Of a stretch of 64,000 nt of DNA, positions 1 to 13,948 are shown one piece after another. Each line of letters opens with the position of its first letter. Within the stretch, counting starts at the first letter, position 1. Origin of the DNA: Rhizophagus irregularis (lineage: Eukaryota); assembly GCF_026210795.1 (NCBI RefSeq), contig NC_089434.1, positions 3,844,001 through 3,908,000 of the forward strand, given 5' to 3'. The translations under genes and the position numbers were made by a program. The notes under the pieces were generated by a model. That model searched no databases. It was not told the origin of the DNA and worked only from the letters and a program-made list of their open reading frames with translations.

Positions 1-61
1 TTCTCCCCACTTGTAGAGTTGCCTGTCAAAACGCTAACTCCAAAAAAAGCGTTTAAGCGGA

Positions 62-327
62 ATATCTCGTCATCCAGTGATCATAAAACGATGAAACCAC
101 TACCATTCGAATCGTCTCAACGAGATGCGTCGAATGGTGGCTAAATCATATTTCCAGGATCGATAGATAGCTGGAAATTATTGAATTTGTTATAAAATAG
201 TTTTGCCGATGTAAATTTTTTCTATTGATTATAAAATAATGATTTTGATACCATTCAACGCGCCTCATTGAGACGATTCGAATGGTGGTAGTTTCATATT
301 TTTATAATCACTGGATGGCGAGATATC
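62..327. repeat. Imperfect inverted repeat (~88-bp arms, 62-149 / 239-327), MITE-like
   Basis: atatctcgtcatccagtgat...accattcgaatcgtctcaa is mirrored by ttgagacgattcgaatggt...atcactggatggcgagatat. Confidence 0.75.
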
Positions 328-504
328 ACGATTATTATCACCAATACAATAATAGTAAGTGCATGACGCATGTGATGATCATTTGTAAAAAAAAAATTTG
401 TATATTTAAAAACATCCCGATTAGTGTTCAATATTTATAAAACAAGGCTATTCCTAATAAAGTTAAGGAAAAAAATTTTTTTATTTGTAAAAAAAAAAGA
501 AAAA

Positions 505-670
505 AGACTGATCGGTCTTAAAAAGACTGCGGTTCTTAAAAAGACCGACGGTCTTATTATATGTGATACAGGACCGAAAGACCGCGGTCCTACACTAAGA
601 CGGACCGGTCCGTCTTTTTATGGTGTAGGACCGTAGGACCGCGGTCTTTTAGGACCGATGACCATCTTTA
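505..670. mobile_element. GC-rich DNA-transposon terminus with GACC/GGTC subterminal repeats (hAT-like)
   Basis: Dense ggacc/gaccg/cggtc motifs ending in ...gatgaccatcttta. A decayed similar end (ggccatcttta) occurs at ~22670-22743. The hAT assignment is by resemblance only. Confidence 0.5.
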
Positions 671-939
671 CTTCAGATCCATCATCTGAATCAAGGTCTG
701 TGTTATTTATTAAAGTCATATAATTGTAAAATTTATATATTTGAAATGCATCTTCATTATCAATTCAGGAAATAGCCATGCCTTTCTGCAAGACACCATT
801 ATTAATAGTTTTATCAGTCACAGAGAGTATATACACGATGGTTGTAATGTTTGCAATCATATTTCGAAATTTTTTTTGAATCTGATTATTATTAAAATGA
901 AAAATGAATAAAAGTAAAAAAAAAGTAAATGAATTACTT

Positions 940-1990
940 ATATTTATAAAAAAAATTATGACTTTTATATATTTATAATATATTTTATTTTTTTAAAAAA
1001 AGTAATAATATTACAATTACTTATTGCAAAATTTATGATTTATTATAATTATTTATGATTTATGATTATTAAAAAAATGTGATTTTATTACAATTTATTA
1101 CAAAATTATGATACATTTTATTTAAAACTTAAAAAAGTGGTTCCATTGAAAAAATTACGATTTTATTATTTATTAATATATGAAAAATTTTGATTTTTAT
1201 CAAATTTATTAAAAAAAATGCAATTTTATTGAAAAAATTACGATTTTATTACAATTTATTGCAAAATTATGATGATTTTATTACATTTATTTAAATTTAA
1301 AAAAAAGTAGTTTTCATTGAAAAATTGCGATTTTATTATTTATTTACATTGAAAAAAAATTGATTTTATCAAAAATTTATTACAATTTATGTAATAAAAT
1401 TAATTTATTAATTTATATAATAGTTTATAATTGAAATAACATAATCTCATTAACTGTTAAATATTACTTTATTAATTAAATAAATGATAAAAAAAAGGGT
1501 AATTTTATTAGAACTAATTTGTTTATAGTTACTATATGCGGCTTTAAATTTTCTAACCTGTGAATTCAATTTTAGTTTATTTTCATTGTAACGTAAATGA
1601 TGATCATCTTTCAATTTTTCAATTTGTAAATTTATTTATTTTTTATTATTAAAAAAGTGTAATAATCTGTTGAAAAAAACCATACTTTTATAATTATAGC
1701 TATAAAAAAAGGGTGGTTTCATTGTAACTAATTTATTTATATTTATTAATTGCGGCTTTAGTTCTTTTAACTAATATTAACATGTGAATTTAATTGTAGA
1801 TTATTTTTCATTGTGACGTAAATGATGATCATCTTTTGATTTTTAATTTGTAAATTTATTAATAAAAAAAAGTATAACTAATTTATTTATAGTTACTATA
1901 TACAAGTTTCAATTTTTATAACATGTGAATCCAATTTAGATTATTTTTACTTACTGTGACGTAAATGATGATCAACTTCAATTCACAAAA
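940..1990. repeat. AT-rich degenerate tandem repeats, including three copies of a ~120-bp core
   Basis: aactaattt..tgtgaatt..ttatttttcattgt(a/g)acgtaaatgatgatca recurs at ~1512, ~1726 and ~1876; ttttattacaatttatt-type units upstream. Confidence 0.65.
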
Positions 1991-4207
1991 TTTATTTAAA
2001 CAACTGGTGTCCAAAAAACAATCAATTGATATATTGAAATTGAAATTGAAATTGAAATTCATTGCAATGAAACGAAATTTCAATTATGTTTATATATATT
2101 TTATATAAAAACGGACCCTGTTTTGCCATATTTGCTAACCAAATTAGGACCTACTTCCTTCCTTTTTTGGAATACAACTTATTATTACAACGGCCAATCA
2201 CAATAAACAACACTATGAAATTTAGATCATCTGATTGCTAACAACTTTGTATCGTGATCTGTATATATTGATAAAAAACGTATCATAACAAAACAATAAA
2301 CAATCATGTGATCTCGTGCTATGATACGGATTTTTGTAAAATTATCTTCTAAAAATATTAAGTTTAAAAATTCCGTATACATTCCGCATGATTAATTTTT
2401 TCTGTATACATTTCTTATACATTAGTTTTTTTAAAAATAAATTGCTTATTAAATATACGGAATTTGTATACGGAATCTATAGAAATGTACATAAAATGTA
2501 TACAAAGCGTATCCTTTCCGTATACATATTTCTTATAGGGAATAACTCATTATATATAATAAAAATCATGATATATGTAAAAAAGCCCAAGGAAAAATAA
2601 TATGCTAAAATAACTATTGAAAATAAACAACTTTACATTTCACGTGTGTCAAATTCCACTTTTACATGCGAATTTTGATAACTTTTTATTATATTATTAT
2701 ATTTAATTATCAACAAATAGCTTATAGTAATAATAAACCAACTCCAAATTACTAAAAAAAATATTTATTAATTATTTAATTGTCAATTTCATTGTTTAAG
2801 ATTGGCACAATTTTTACTTTTTTAGCATTAAATGTCCAGAGCGAAATTTAATGAAAATTGCATAGTTGGCAATAATACACAAATATTAAAACTGTGATAA
2901 CGCAATATTTTTAATAAAAATCAATATAATATATGTAAAAAAACTAAGGAAAAATAATATATTAAAATAATTATAACTTCACTATGGAAAAAAATTGTAC
3001 GCGTTTCAATTTCACTTGCTATATGTCTAATTCAGAATTCAATTCATAATTATTTGGTTGGTAAATAATTTGTCAACTTATTTGTACTAATAATAATTTC
3101 TGTTAATTTACCAACCACTTGATTCATTGTTGGTCTATTGTCTGGTTTGTTATCCAACATTCTAATCATAATGTAGAATAAAAATTTAATTTTTGTATGA
3201 TAACTGACAATACGATTAATAAAATATTAAAAATTATTCCAGCATATAAATTAGAACAATCAGCAAAAGTATCTAAAACAACCATTTCTCTATAACCTTG
3301 CAAAATTTTCTTAATTAAATTACCATCATATAGTAACTTGTCTTTAAATGATCATCAAGCGCTTGATATTGTTAGTATCAGTTCTTTTATCGTTTATAAA
3401 TATAAACAAAAAGTTAATTAGGGTAGGCAGAAGGTGTATATTAATAGATAAATATGACAATAAATAATGCAATGTTAATAAACATAAAATTATCTCCAAA
3501 TAATAAATGACCAAAATATCTTCAAATCCGATCAGATGTGAATAAAGTATTGCACTCCCAATGGCAAATACGATCAGACACAAATAAAGGATTATGATGA
3601 TATGATGATAAATAACAATAAAAATCAATGGGTTAGGTGTATATGACAACAAATGACAATGAGATAACCAAAGAATTTAATAACAATAAAAATATTTTAT
3701 TAAATATCGATAAATGCCACTTAATATCTTAGTGATTTGGATATCTATCTAATTACATCAAAAAATATCGCATCTATTTATAAGTAAAAACACTAAACTA
3801 AAAATGTTTAAAATGTTTGATATGTACCATATATACCACATAGATCCTCCCGTTATATGACATTGATCATCCAACAGTAATTAATCGTCCCGGTAATTAC
3901 CATTGATCAATGGTTATATCACGTGACTTCATCACATCATTTTTTATCATAACAATATCTCCCATTACAATACCGTATATATTGTCAATTGCACCTTATT
4001 GAATGAACCTGATTGCCTCTTAGATACTCTTTTGATTCTGCTTAATAATCCAAAAATTTGCTAATTTGATAGTAGTTTATTTATTTTAAAAATTTAACAA
4101 TTAAATATATTACCAAATCATGATGCACAATTCCTTTATTGTGTAATAATAATACAGCACATGTCAACTGGTACACCAATTCGTATTTATCCTTCCAGGT
4201 GAGATTA

Positions 4208-5382
4208 TTAGAGTTTTCTTTCAAATATTAATTTAGTGATCACACCAATTGATCCATTGCAAAGTTCTTCAACTGGTTCACTAAATAACTTATTTGTTAA
4301 AAACATAACTTTTGCTCCTTCTCTTATTATTAATTCAAATAGAAGATTAGTAGTGTAATGTCTAAATTGCTTGTCATATTCTTTTGGCATGCATTGTGTA
4401 CAATTGATGTAATCACCTGCTATTGATCTTGAAGAAATATCTTTAAGAATAGGAAAAAACTGCATATTAAGTTATTAATTGAATCAGCTTCATATCAAAA
4501 TCCATTAATATAAGTGATATTATCATTTTTAGATATAGAATAGGGACAATATTTAATTGGTCCTTTAGTTTTCTAAATTATTATTTTGCTAATAAAATAA
4601 TACTTTTTTCTTAACTAATCTTTTTGTTCATAAACTTAGTATACTTCCAGATTGAACTTCTTATAATATATTGTAAAATAATCTACCAATTTCTCATTTT
4701 GTGAGAAATAGTTAAAAAAAGGAAATATAATTATTTCTTACACATGAGCATAAATATGAAACAAATTTAACACATTTCATTTTTAATGATATATGGTCCA
4801 CTAACTATCCATTAACAGACCTTCAGACCTTCACAAATTGGATGTTACATTTTGTATGTTTATAAGCTATCAGTTTAGGTTGACCTAATCATTTTATAGT
4901 ATTTGTAATTTTCAACCAAATATCTTTTGCACTATGATATTGATTCAACTTCATAATAAACTTTTTAAATCCAGAAGTAGATCGTATTAGAGGAGAATTT
5001 TTTGCTATAAAAATTATCATTCTGGAGTATAAAAAACCTGCTGCTCATTAACATGTTGAAGTTGAGCAAGATCACCAATAAGCAGCCAATAAATTTCAGC
5101 TATAGTCATAGTATAAGAAATCTGTGGAAGACCAAATCCTTGAACCATTGTATTAATGTGATGTTCCTTTTGACAAAAATAAGAAACTCCTGTGCTAATA
5201 TAAGAAGCTACAGTTGTTGTTTTAGTTTCATTAATAATAGGACATTCAGTATGAATATTATTAGTAATAAAATCTGCAGCTGTTAATTGATATAATAAAA
5301 AAGTTCTATGTTGATTTAATATTTTAGTTCTATTCTGATGATTTCTTAACTTTAAAGTGATAAGTAAATATAATGAGGTCAA
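4208..5382 (-). pseudogene. Degraded PIF1-family helicase (possibly Helitron-derived)
   Basis: ORF fragments carry LLIGDLAQL (GDxxQL motif) and GAKVMFLTN...LCNGSIGVI (PIF1 C-terminal motifs), separated by stops and frameshifts. Confidence 0.6.
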
Positions 5383-6669
5383 TACTATAATAATGTTATC
5401 TAGAATTAGGATAAAGTAATATTGATTTTGTATAACTGCCTAAGCTATCTTTAAAGCACCAATTTGTATCTTCATTCATTTTTAGTTAAATTTTAAAAGT
5501 TTGCAGACAATAATTGGTTGCAGCAGCAATCTTATTTTTGAGTTCCCATTTTTTTATAAGCCTTTTTAAATAAAGGTATTTTATGCATCATGATTATATA
5601 AAAGCCTTTGCCATATGAAGGAAATAATAGTGGTTCAATATTTTTATCATAAAATGGTATTGGAAATTCATTATTATTAGGATCAGTTAAAAATCCAGCC
5701 ATCAGTCTATAATAATGAAAATCTTCATTGTATTAAAATTATAAGGACTGAAGATGGATGTAAATTAGTATTAGATAATAAATGTGTATGATTTGAGAAT
5801 TATTACTAAGTGATGTGGTTGGAAAAATAATTGGTAGTCCATTCTATATGCTACAATTTATTACAGTTTGATATGGTCTAAATAAGGATTATTATTACAT
5901 AACCATATTGCTGCATCATTTAAGAATAATGACACTATGAGTTAGGCTGATTATTATCTAATATAGCACTAACAGTACTAGAATATAGTACAAGACAGAG
6001 TATTAATATTTTTGAATATTTAAAAGTTCCAATTAAGTGACAATAATTTGTGTAAATATTTGTATTTAAAGCTCTATCTAATAAACAGCTAAGTTGAATA
6101 GGTGAAAGGTAAATTTAGTGATATAGAGGCACATTATAGATTTCATAATCAGGAATTGAATCAGAAATTGGTCTTTTAATATGATTGCTTAGAATTATAG
6201 CAAGAAGAACATGTTGTAATTCTTTTAGGTTTTGTATTATCAGTATAAAAAACCAATTTAACATGTGAGATATTTTGATAAATGCTATTGAATAGATTCA
6301 TCATATAATTCCCATCTTGCTTCTGTTGGATATAACAATTGTATAAAACATTTTATATTACACTCATATATAGAAAATCAAGCATTTATATATATAGTTA
6401 TAATAGCCTTTAAATTCAAAATTTTTTTATAAATATTATTGATCCATCTTTAAAATCTGTGATTATGAATTAAAGTATCCAGTTATTCTCAGTATTATTA
6501 TATAATTAATACTAATTTCAAAAGTTGCAACCAGATTGTTTTTACTAATGGAAACAAATTATATAAAGATAATATAATAAAGTTCTAAGAATGAGAAAAC
6601 TCAAGATAGGAATATTGATGGATTAGTTTTTATATTTGATTATTATTATCATGTATCCATTTATTTTAA

Positions 6670-6985
6670 GGCTTAGTTTGACTTGGTTTCAGTTGGCTTA
6701 GTTTAACTTGATTGTTCTAATTGGGCTTAGTTGGACTTGCTTATTATTTGGGACTTAGTAGGCTTATACCTTTATTATTGGGCTTAGAAAAAAAACAAAA
6801 TTATTTTAGTATAACTTAATTATCTTACTTATTAGTTGAGGCTTATTAGACTTATACTTTTATTATCAGGCTTAGAAAAATAAAATTATTTTGGTATAAC
6901 TTAATTGTTTTAATTGGGCTTAGTTGGGCTTATTAGACTTATACCTTTATTATTGGGCTTAGAAAAAACAAAAATTGTTTCGGTA
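6670..6985. repeat. Degenerate tandem repeat (ggcttagttggactt / tattgggcttagaaaaaa units)
   Basis: Three ~90-bp copies of agacttatacctttattattgggcttagaaaaaa-like sequence. Confidence 0.6.
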
Positions 6986-7799
6986 AACATTAGTACTTTA
7001 CATCACATGCAAAATGCAGTTGCACAAGATTTCAATTTAGTTTCTAATTTGTCACATACAGTGGCTTCCAAAAAATACGCACTAAAATTTTTAAAATTGT
7101 TAATTGTATATAAAAAGTTATATTGCAAATTTGATATTATATAAAAATAATAGTTGAAATTCTTTGTTTTAATGATATTACATTAATATGCCATAGGCGC
7201 AATTGTATTTAGCATTTAGAATAGAAAATCTGCACATAATCCTTATCTGTTATAAGATAGTCTGATTCCAGTTTATGTTTTTAAGTTAAAAGTCCTTTAA
7301 TATATTTTATTGATTTTTTATATTAATTTGTTTATAGCTAGTTCTACTATCTGTATATAAATAACATCAATTATCAATATAGAATTTTAGAGAAATTATA
7401 ATTCCGATTTTTTTTTATGAAATTGACTTCAATTGTGAATTTATAATTATTCTTAATAATTCTAATATTATTTTTTGCTATATTTTTGTATTTTATATTC
7501 TGCTATCAAATTATTAATTAATATTTTAACTACTGTTTTTGTTGCAATTCCTATCGACACCCATCTCATGAATATTCATAGTATCACCATTCAATGTTGA
7601 TTGTACAACTTTAGTTTACAGGATCTTTCAAAAATTTTCATCCATTATTAGCTCTGTTATTTAGCAATTCATGGATGATAATATTCTTTCCATTATATTA
7701 TTATATTTTGCTCAAATATTAATTCTATCTTATTATTAATTGTTATATAACTAAATTTAAATAATTATTTTTTGTTTTTCTTTTTTTTTTCAGAAAGGT

Positions 7800-10300
7800 G
7801 AATATTTCAAGTATTATAACTTAATGTACTTTCTAATGTAGAAGAATGCAACTGAGGATGCTTTAGGTCATAATTCTCTGCTATAGAACATAGTAATAGG
7901 AAATTTGATGATTGAAAATAAAGATAAAAAATAGGAGCATAATATTATAATTTGTATTTGTATTTTGTTATCTAATATATCCAAATAGTTGTATTCAAAC
8001 TTTATAAATTGATATAGTAATCTACTGTAAGTTGTGAAATTGTTTCACATTTAATCAAATACCTATTAATATATTGTTATATTTACTTCAATTTACCACG
8101 AAAATTTGAGTGATATGTCCTTTAAAGAAATTGTATATTGTGAAGACTACATGTCTACATTGGCTGGAATATCTACATGTTTTAAGAATATTTCCAGACC
8201 ATCTATACTGGTTGAGTCAAATGCTTTGCAGATATCTTGAAAATCAATCCACAGTTCCTTTTGGTGAGTTTGCACATCTTCAGTTGTAATTGCATTAATT
8301 ATATAAATGTGGTAATAATTATAGCAAAATTATAATACCAGATAATAATTTTTCAGGTATTTTAAACAATAAAGTTTTTTTCTCAATAATAATAATAACT
8401 AATTGAATTTTCAAGCTTTATAAGATACATTATTGTAATAAACCAAGGTTTTTCTCATAAGCTGTCTTGCTATAGATTATTAAATTTAATTAATTAAAAT
8501 TTTCTAATATGTAGATATTTACTCTGTTATGTGCTTTTGACATATCTTGTAAAATAGATCACAAATTTTCATTTCATTTTAAAATAAATGATGGTTTATA
8601 TATATACTAATATGCAGCATGTATTTGTAGGTCAGTAAAGTATTTACTATATAATAATCCACATTTAATGGTCTATAATTAATTTAAAACTAATATCATA
8701 GTAGTTATCATAGTTTTCATCCCACTTCAGTAAAGTATAATTGGTCATATGTTAAGTTATATTCCCATTATTTTAGTTTGGTTGGGTTTGGTTGGAAATT
8801 TTTGCATTTGTACATTATGATATACAAGTATATAAAATAAATATATATTGATTAACACTTCAACATTATAAAACTATCTACAAAAGTATAGGATAACAAG
8901 GTTAATTATGAAATTTGCTACTTCCATGTTCTTCTTCTTCATCATCTTTAGGACAGGGTTTTCCAAATATGATTGTTTTATTTTGAGGTCTAGTAAATTT
9001 TTGATTTATCATATTATTGTTGAATATATTTTTTTCATCTTCATTGTAAAAATGTACAAATCCATGCCTAAATATGAATCACTTCTTCTGTTGTAATATT
9101 TCTAAAGTTATTAATTAACTGAACAATGAAATATTTAAAAAGTATTTACTTGTAAAAATACTTACAGGCACTAAGCCAATGTCATGTTGCTATTCTCTTT
9201 TTGTCTGGTTTTTCAATATGAATAAAACTTTTTTCTGATATTAACCTTGTTATATGAGTTCTACCTAATTCTTACATCTTAAATGAAATATAATATATTA
9301 TTAGAGATTGAGTATAAAATGTATTTGACCATCTTTACTGTTCATTGCTGAACAATTAAAAGTCAATTAATAATTTTTTAATCCATCTGGACCAGCTGCT
9401 GATTGTGTAAGTCCAAATATTGATTTTATATAAAAGTACTAGTTTCTTGGAAAAAACCTTAACAAACTCTTTTTATGTGAAGTAGTATATCTCCATTTTA
9501 GTTCTTATTTAAGACTTTTAATTAAGACTATTTGACATTTTTTGTTGGTTCTCATTGTTATTAAATTGGTAATAATAGTGATATATTAATAAAGTTCTTC
9601 TGACTATAAAAAATTATTATGTTTCTCAGATATTTGTCAAAATATTTTTATAAAAAAAGAGTACTACCTAAATGTAAAGTTAATTTCTATCACTTGTACT
9701 ACCAGATTTTCTAATACAAATCATTATATTCTAAATTATGATGCTGCCAATAATTTCCAAAGTGTTATTACTGCTCTTTTTAATATATTTTGACATTTTT
9801 TGTTTACTGCAATAAATTTTTATAACTTAAATGTATACTTAAATTATGTGATTCCTGATTCTGATGAACTTGTTCAATTCATATTAATTATCCGATGATT
9901 TTTCTGAACTATTATTATCTGTATCTTTACCTTGAGTTCATCTTTATTTTTTTTAAAAAAAATAAAACCAATAGAATAATGGAAATAAGAATAATAAATT
10001 ATAATATGCTTCAATTTTGAAATTTTTAAAGTTTTAGAAATGTTAACATCTCTTTTGGGGAGGTTGTCACTAAAGTCCATATAAAAATTGAAAATTGGTT
10101 TTTTTTATATAAATAATAAAAGCAATTGATCCATTAAACACAGTAATTTGAGCAATCAATGAGACAATGTAATGAGTGTCAGGGTTTAATATGAGTATAA
10201 ATACCAATTATAAAGTTTATTACAATATTACCAATCCTGGCAAATTGTATTCATTGTGGTAAGTATTGTAATATATTGATGTCCTTATATAATAAATCCA
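7800..10300 (-). mobile_element. Highly decayed LINE (RT remnant; boundaries approximate)
   Basis: Minus-strand 8162-8281 translates EDVQTHQKELWIDFQDICKAFDSTSIDGLEIFLKHVDIPA, aligning to NNELWILSQDMGKAYDRVNIFQLKKAMDRIKIPN of the intact ORF2. MRKTLV near 8450 matches TRKALI. Confidence 0.65.
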
Positions 10301-11519
10301 TAATAATGTCTATAATTTATTCATTATCCTTCAGTATTAGATATTAAAAGCAGTACTGATAATTTTCATTTTAATATGACATTGATTCCTTACATTTATT
10401 TTTTAAGTTGCAAAATTCTCCTATTAGTATTATAAGTTGCTGATGTTCTGAAAATTTTGAGTTGTCTATGATTATTTATTATATTTATGGTTGTGATGCT
10501 AACAACTTATATTAGGCAAGCGTTCAGATGTTCATCTTGCACTTTGAACAATTTCCAAGTTGATATCAAATATACAGATGAGAATTATTTGAAAATAAAG
10601 AATTTTAAAGCAGGAATTGATTAATTATATGAAAATGGGAGATATAACAATAAGAGTATTTAAACAATATATTTTTGTATGTAAAAACCATAGAAGAAAA
10701 AATTCGCATGAATGGCATGATGCTAAATTTACATTTTTTTGGATCTAAAGATTTTAGTTATATCATATTGAAGAATGGATAACTTGTTAATGGAAAATTA
10801 TTTTTTTTTTAAGAAAAACATTTGGGAGATTTATAAAATATTTAAATTTTATTTTAGAAAAAATGAAGTGATTGAATATTAAGATGAAGAGAATTTATAC
10901 TGAATTTATCATAAATAAAGATTTATCCATATTTATATTTAAATCTCATTTAAATTTTAGACCCTATGTTGTCCTACTATGTAAAAATATAGAAAAAGGT
11001 AAATACCAATATATATTTTGATTTATTCTGAGTATTAATCACTTCACTATATATATTACATAATATTTTTTTTTTTAGAAATAGTATATATGATAGTATA
11101 AGAATTAAAGGGAGGGAATATTTTTTAAAAAGAAATGAAGGAGGAAGGGATATTTAAATATTCTCATAACGAAATGTGGCAGTGCAAAAAAATTTTGTTT
11201 ATCAGGCTAAACAGCAACTGAGCTTTTCCAAAAAAAAGTAATAACTGTTGATCCGTGATTAGTATTGAATATATTATTTCTTTGTTTAGTTGGAAACTGA
11301 TTTTACTGATTAAAGATTAAAGGTTACAATTACATTATGTAAATTTTATTTTATATGTACGCGTATGGTAATAATTTATATTTATTTCTATTACAATATT
11401 ACAATATGAGTTCATTATCGCTTAAATTTTAGTATTAAATTTTGCAAATTATATTTATAGTGATGAGTTTAATAGTATACATATATTGTTCATTTCTTCT
11501 AAATCGAATTATTGCTAAA

Positions 11520-11648
11520 TATCACCACTGGTGATTATCATCTTACCAGAATCAGGGTAGAGTTTTGGGCGGAATTAAAAGTGACATGAAATTCTGCCCA
11601 CCAATATTTGCTAATGCTGGTTTGGTAATAATCACCACGTGGTGATTT
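11520..11648. repeat. Short imperfect palindrome / MITE remnant
   Basis: atcaccactggtgatta...gggcggaatt pairs with aattctgccc...taatcaccacgtggtgat. Confidence 0.55.
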
Positions 11649-12849
11649 TTTGACATTTCCATTATAAAAACCATATGTCTGATTAAATTTTTTCTCATTA
11701 TAAAATTTTTTAGTCCTTTCTTAATAGATAAATTACTTCTAATATACAGGAATAAAGAAGATTTATACTTCCCAATTTTATGATTGTAAAGAAATTACTA
11801 CATCTTATAATTATTATGTGGTGCAACAAGTCTTATCAATTTAAATTTACCTATGTTTATTTATGTATTAACTATTTTTTTAGAATTTTTACATATAATT
11901 AATATAATTAGAATAGAAAGTTGAACTAGTGTTAAATTTATTTATACATTATACTCGTAGATAATACATATAATTTGCAATACTACTAGTTTTATCCATT
12001 GCGATTTTTTAACGGAATTCTGTGATTGATGCTTTTTTCAAGTTGCGAGATTAAGTTTTGAATGATTAATAACAGAATTATGCAATTTTTTCATATTTTT
12101 CAAACGTTTTTCGTTTTCCTTCTTGACTAAAATTATAAATAGATAATCTTTTTCAACGCAAAAAAATCTTTAGCTATCTTTTAAAATTTGATCTTGGTTT
12201 ATAGTTTAAGGAAATGATGTATGTAAATTATAAGCAAACGTTTCTTGAAACTTTTCAAATAATACATTTGATTCTAATAACAGGAATCAATTTGCGAACA
12301 ATTTATGCAGCAACAAATTTATGTATGGTATGACGCCTGATTACCCACTGTAAAATTGTACAATTGGTTCAGCTGCCGGATAAACAACTGAAATAAAATA
12401 TTAATCTTCGAACGGATTAGAGATAAAACCAACAGAAAAAAGTTCAATTGGAACAAATGGATATCAAATAGATTACAACACAATATTCAGCTTCATCACT
12501 GACAGATCAAGGATAATACACTTTGCGAACAGTCAAAATAGTGAAATTATATGGCCTGGCAGTACTTATGCATAGAAAATATGTCGAAAAGTATTGTAGC
12601 TTTTTATAATTCAAATTCGATTGTTATTTAATTTCCACAAAAAAATCAAGTGCTACGACTTCACAATTTTATTGATTTAGTTGATGACGTTGAGATTTAT
12701 GAAGATTGTATTAACTGCGAGTCTGCGACGCTGGTGTTATTAAAGGTTATATAAATGTCATGATTGCGATAAACTTACTCACCGAATAAGTTTTCAATCT
12801 AATATTTTATTAAAATTCAAAAATTTTGTACAGGCTTAATGGCTAAAAA

Positions 12850-13180
12850 AAAGTTGAATTATGGGAACATGTATTAAAATGGGGTCTTGTGCAAAATCCA
12901 ACTCTTATTTCACAGATGATGATTTCGAGATGAAAATTTTATTATATCCTTTTTATAAATGATTATGATTTTAATTCCCAAAAAAGACCTTCCATGAAAG
13001 AAATTCGTAATATTTTGGGTGATTAGACTTTTAGAGGTAAAAATACTGAGAAATTTAATCAAGTGGAAATAAAAAGAAAGAAGCTAATAAGTTTGAAGAA
13101 ACTTGGGCCCAAGTTTAGCGGAAGCCTCATCCATGTGCTATTTATACAAGTAGACCATTAAGCTTTTTTATTTCTAACAT
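12850..13180 (+). pseudogene. Fragments of a BTB-BACK-type gene and a kinase C-terminus
   Basis: ELWEHVLKWGLVQNP at ~12856-12900, then KRPSMKEIRNILG and KRKKLISLKKLGPKF...PHPCAIYTSRPLS with stops and frameshifts. Confidence 0.55.
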
Positions 13181-13479
13181 ATAGTTTATTTGCTTTTCAT
13201 ATTAATTTTCCCATTGTTTGAAATTTGTAATTGAATATGTGATTATATTAACCGGTGGTTTACAATTGAGCGAACTTTATTTTAGTAAGAAATTTATCAT
13301 TACAATATTTTTCTTTAGTGCTTTGTTATTATATTACTTTATAAATGTGACTACGTAACTGATGAGCAACTTTAGCAACTATGCTGTAAAATTTTACGTA
13401 TATAAGCTAAAAAGAAACCAAAGTTACAATTAATTATTAATCAATACATAAAACTGGAAAATGTTCATTAATACCTTAT

Positions 13480-13948
13480 TCAATATTCATCGCTATCTTC
13501 ATCTGTACTTGAAGGTACTTCATCTCCACTTTCTTTGTCTTCCAATTTGGTAGATTTAATTTCACAATAACCAAACTCTCTCCTATAATCAGGTCCATCT
13601 TCGCTTTCACCAAAGTGTATTTCCGTTTCGTACTCTCTGTAGTATTTGTCTTCAGCTTCTTGAATAATATCTGAATTTTTGTATAGACGTCGTGCTTCTC
13701 TTCTCATTGCTTCTTGAGCTAGTTTCCTGGAGACAAAGCTACGACATTCAATTGAATATTCAACAGCTTTATACGGAGAAAAAAACATCGATAAGACCCA
13801 GACAGTTTTAGCTGGAGTTTTAGCTGGAGTTTTAGCTGGAGTCTTAGCTGGAAATAGACAAGAGATGATAAGATAATTAATTATCAAATAAAATATAAAA
13901 TACAAAAACACTTCTAATACCTTTAACTTGCGAGTTCCCTGTTGACAT
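13480..13948 (-). CDS. Hypothetical protein, ~131 aa, 2 exons (13948-13921, 13847-13480), PAKT repeats and acidic C-terminus
   Basis: ATG TCA ACA...AAA G|GTATTAG intron ...TTTCCAG|CT joins in frame to AKTPAKTPAKTPAKTVWVLSMFF...DEDSDEY*. Confidence 0.6.

Noticed and set aside
424..636. 70-aa ORF
   Set aside because: It reads through A-runs and GACC/GGTC subterminal repeats; no protein-like signal.
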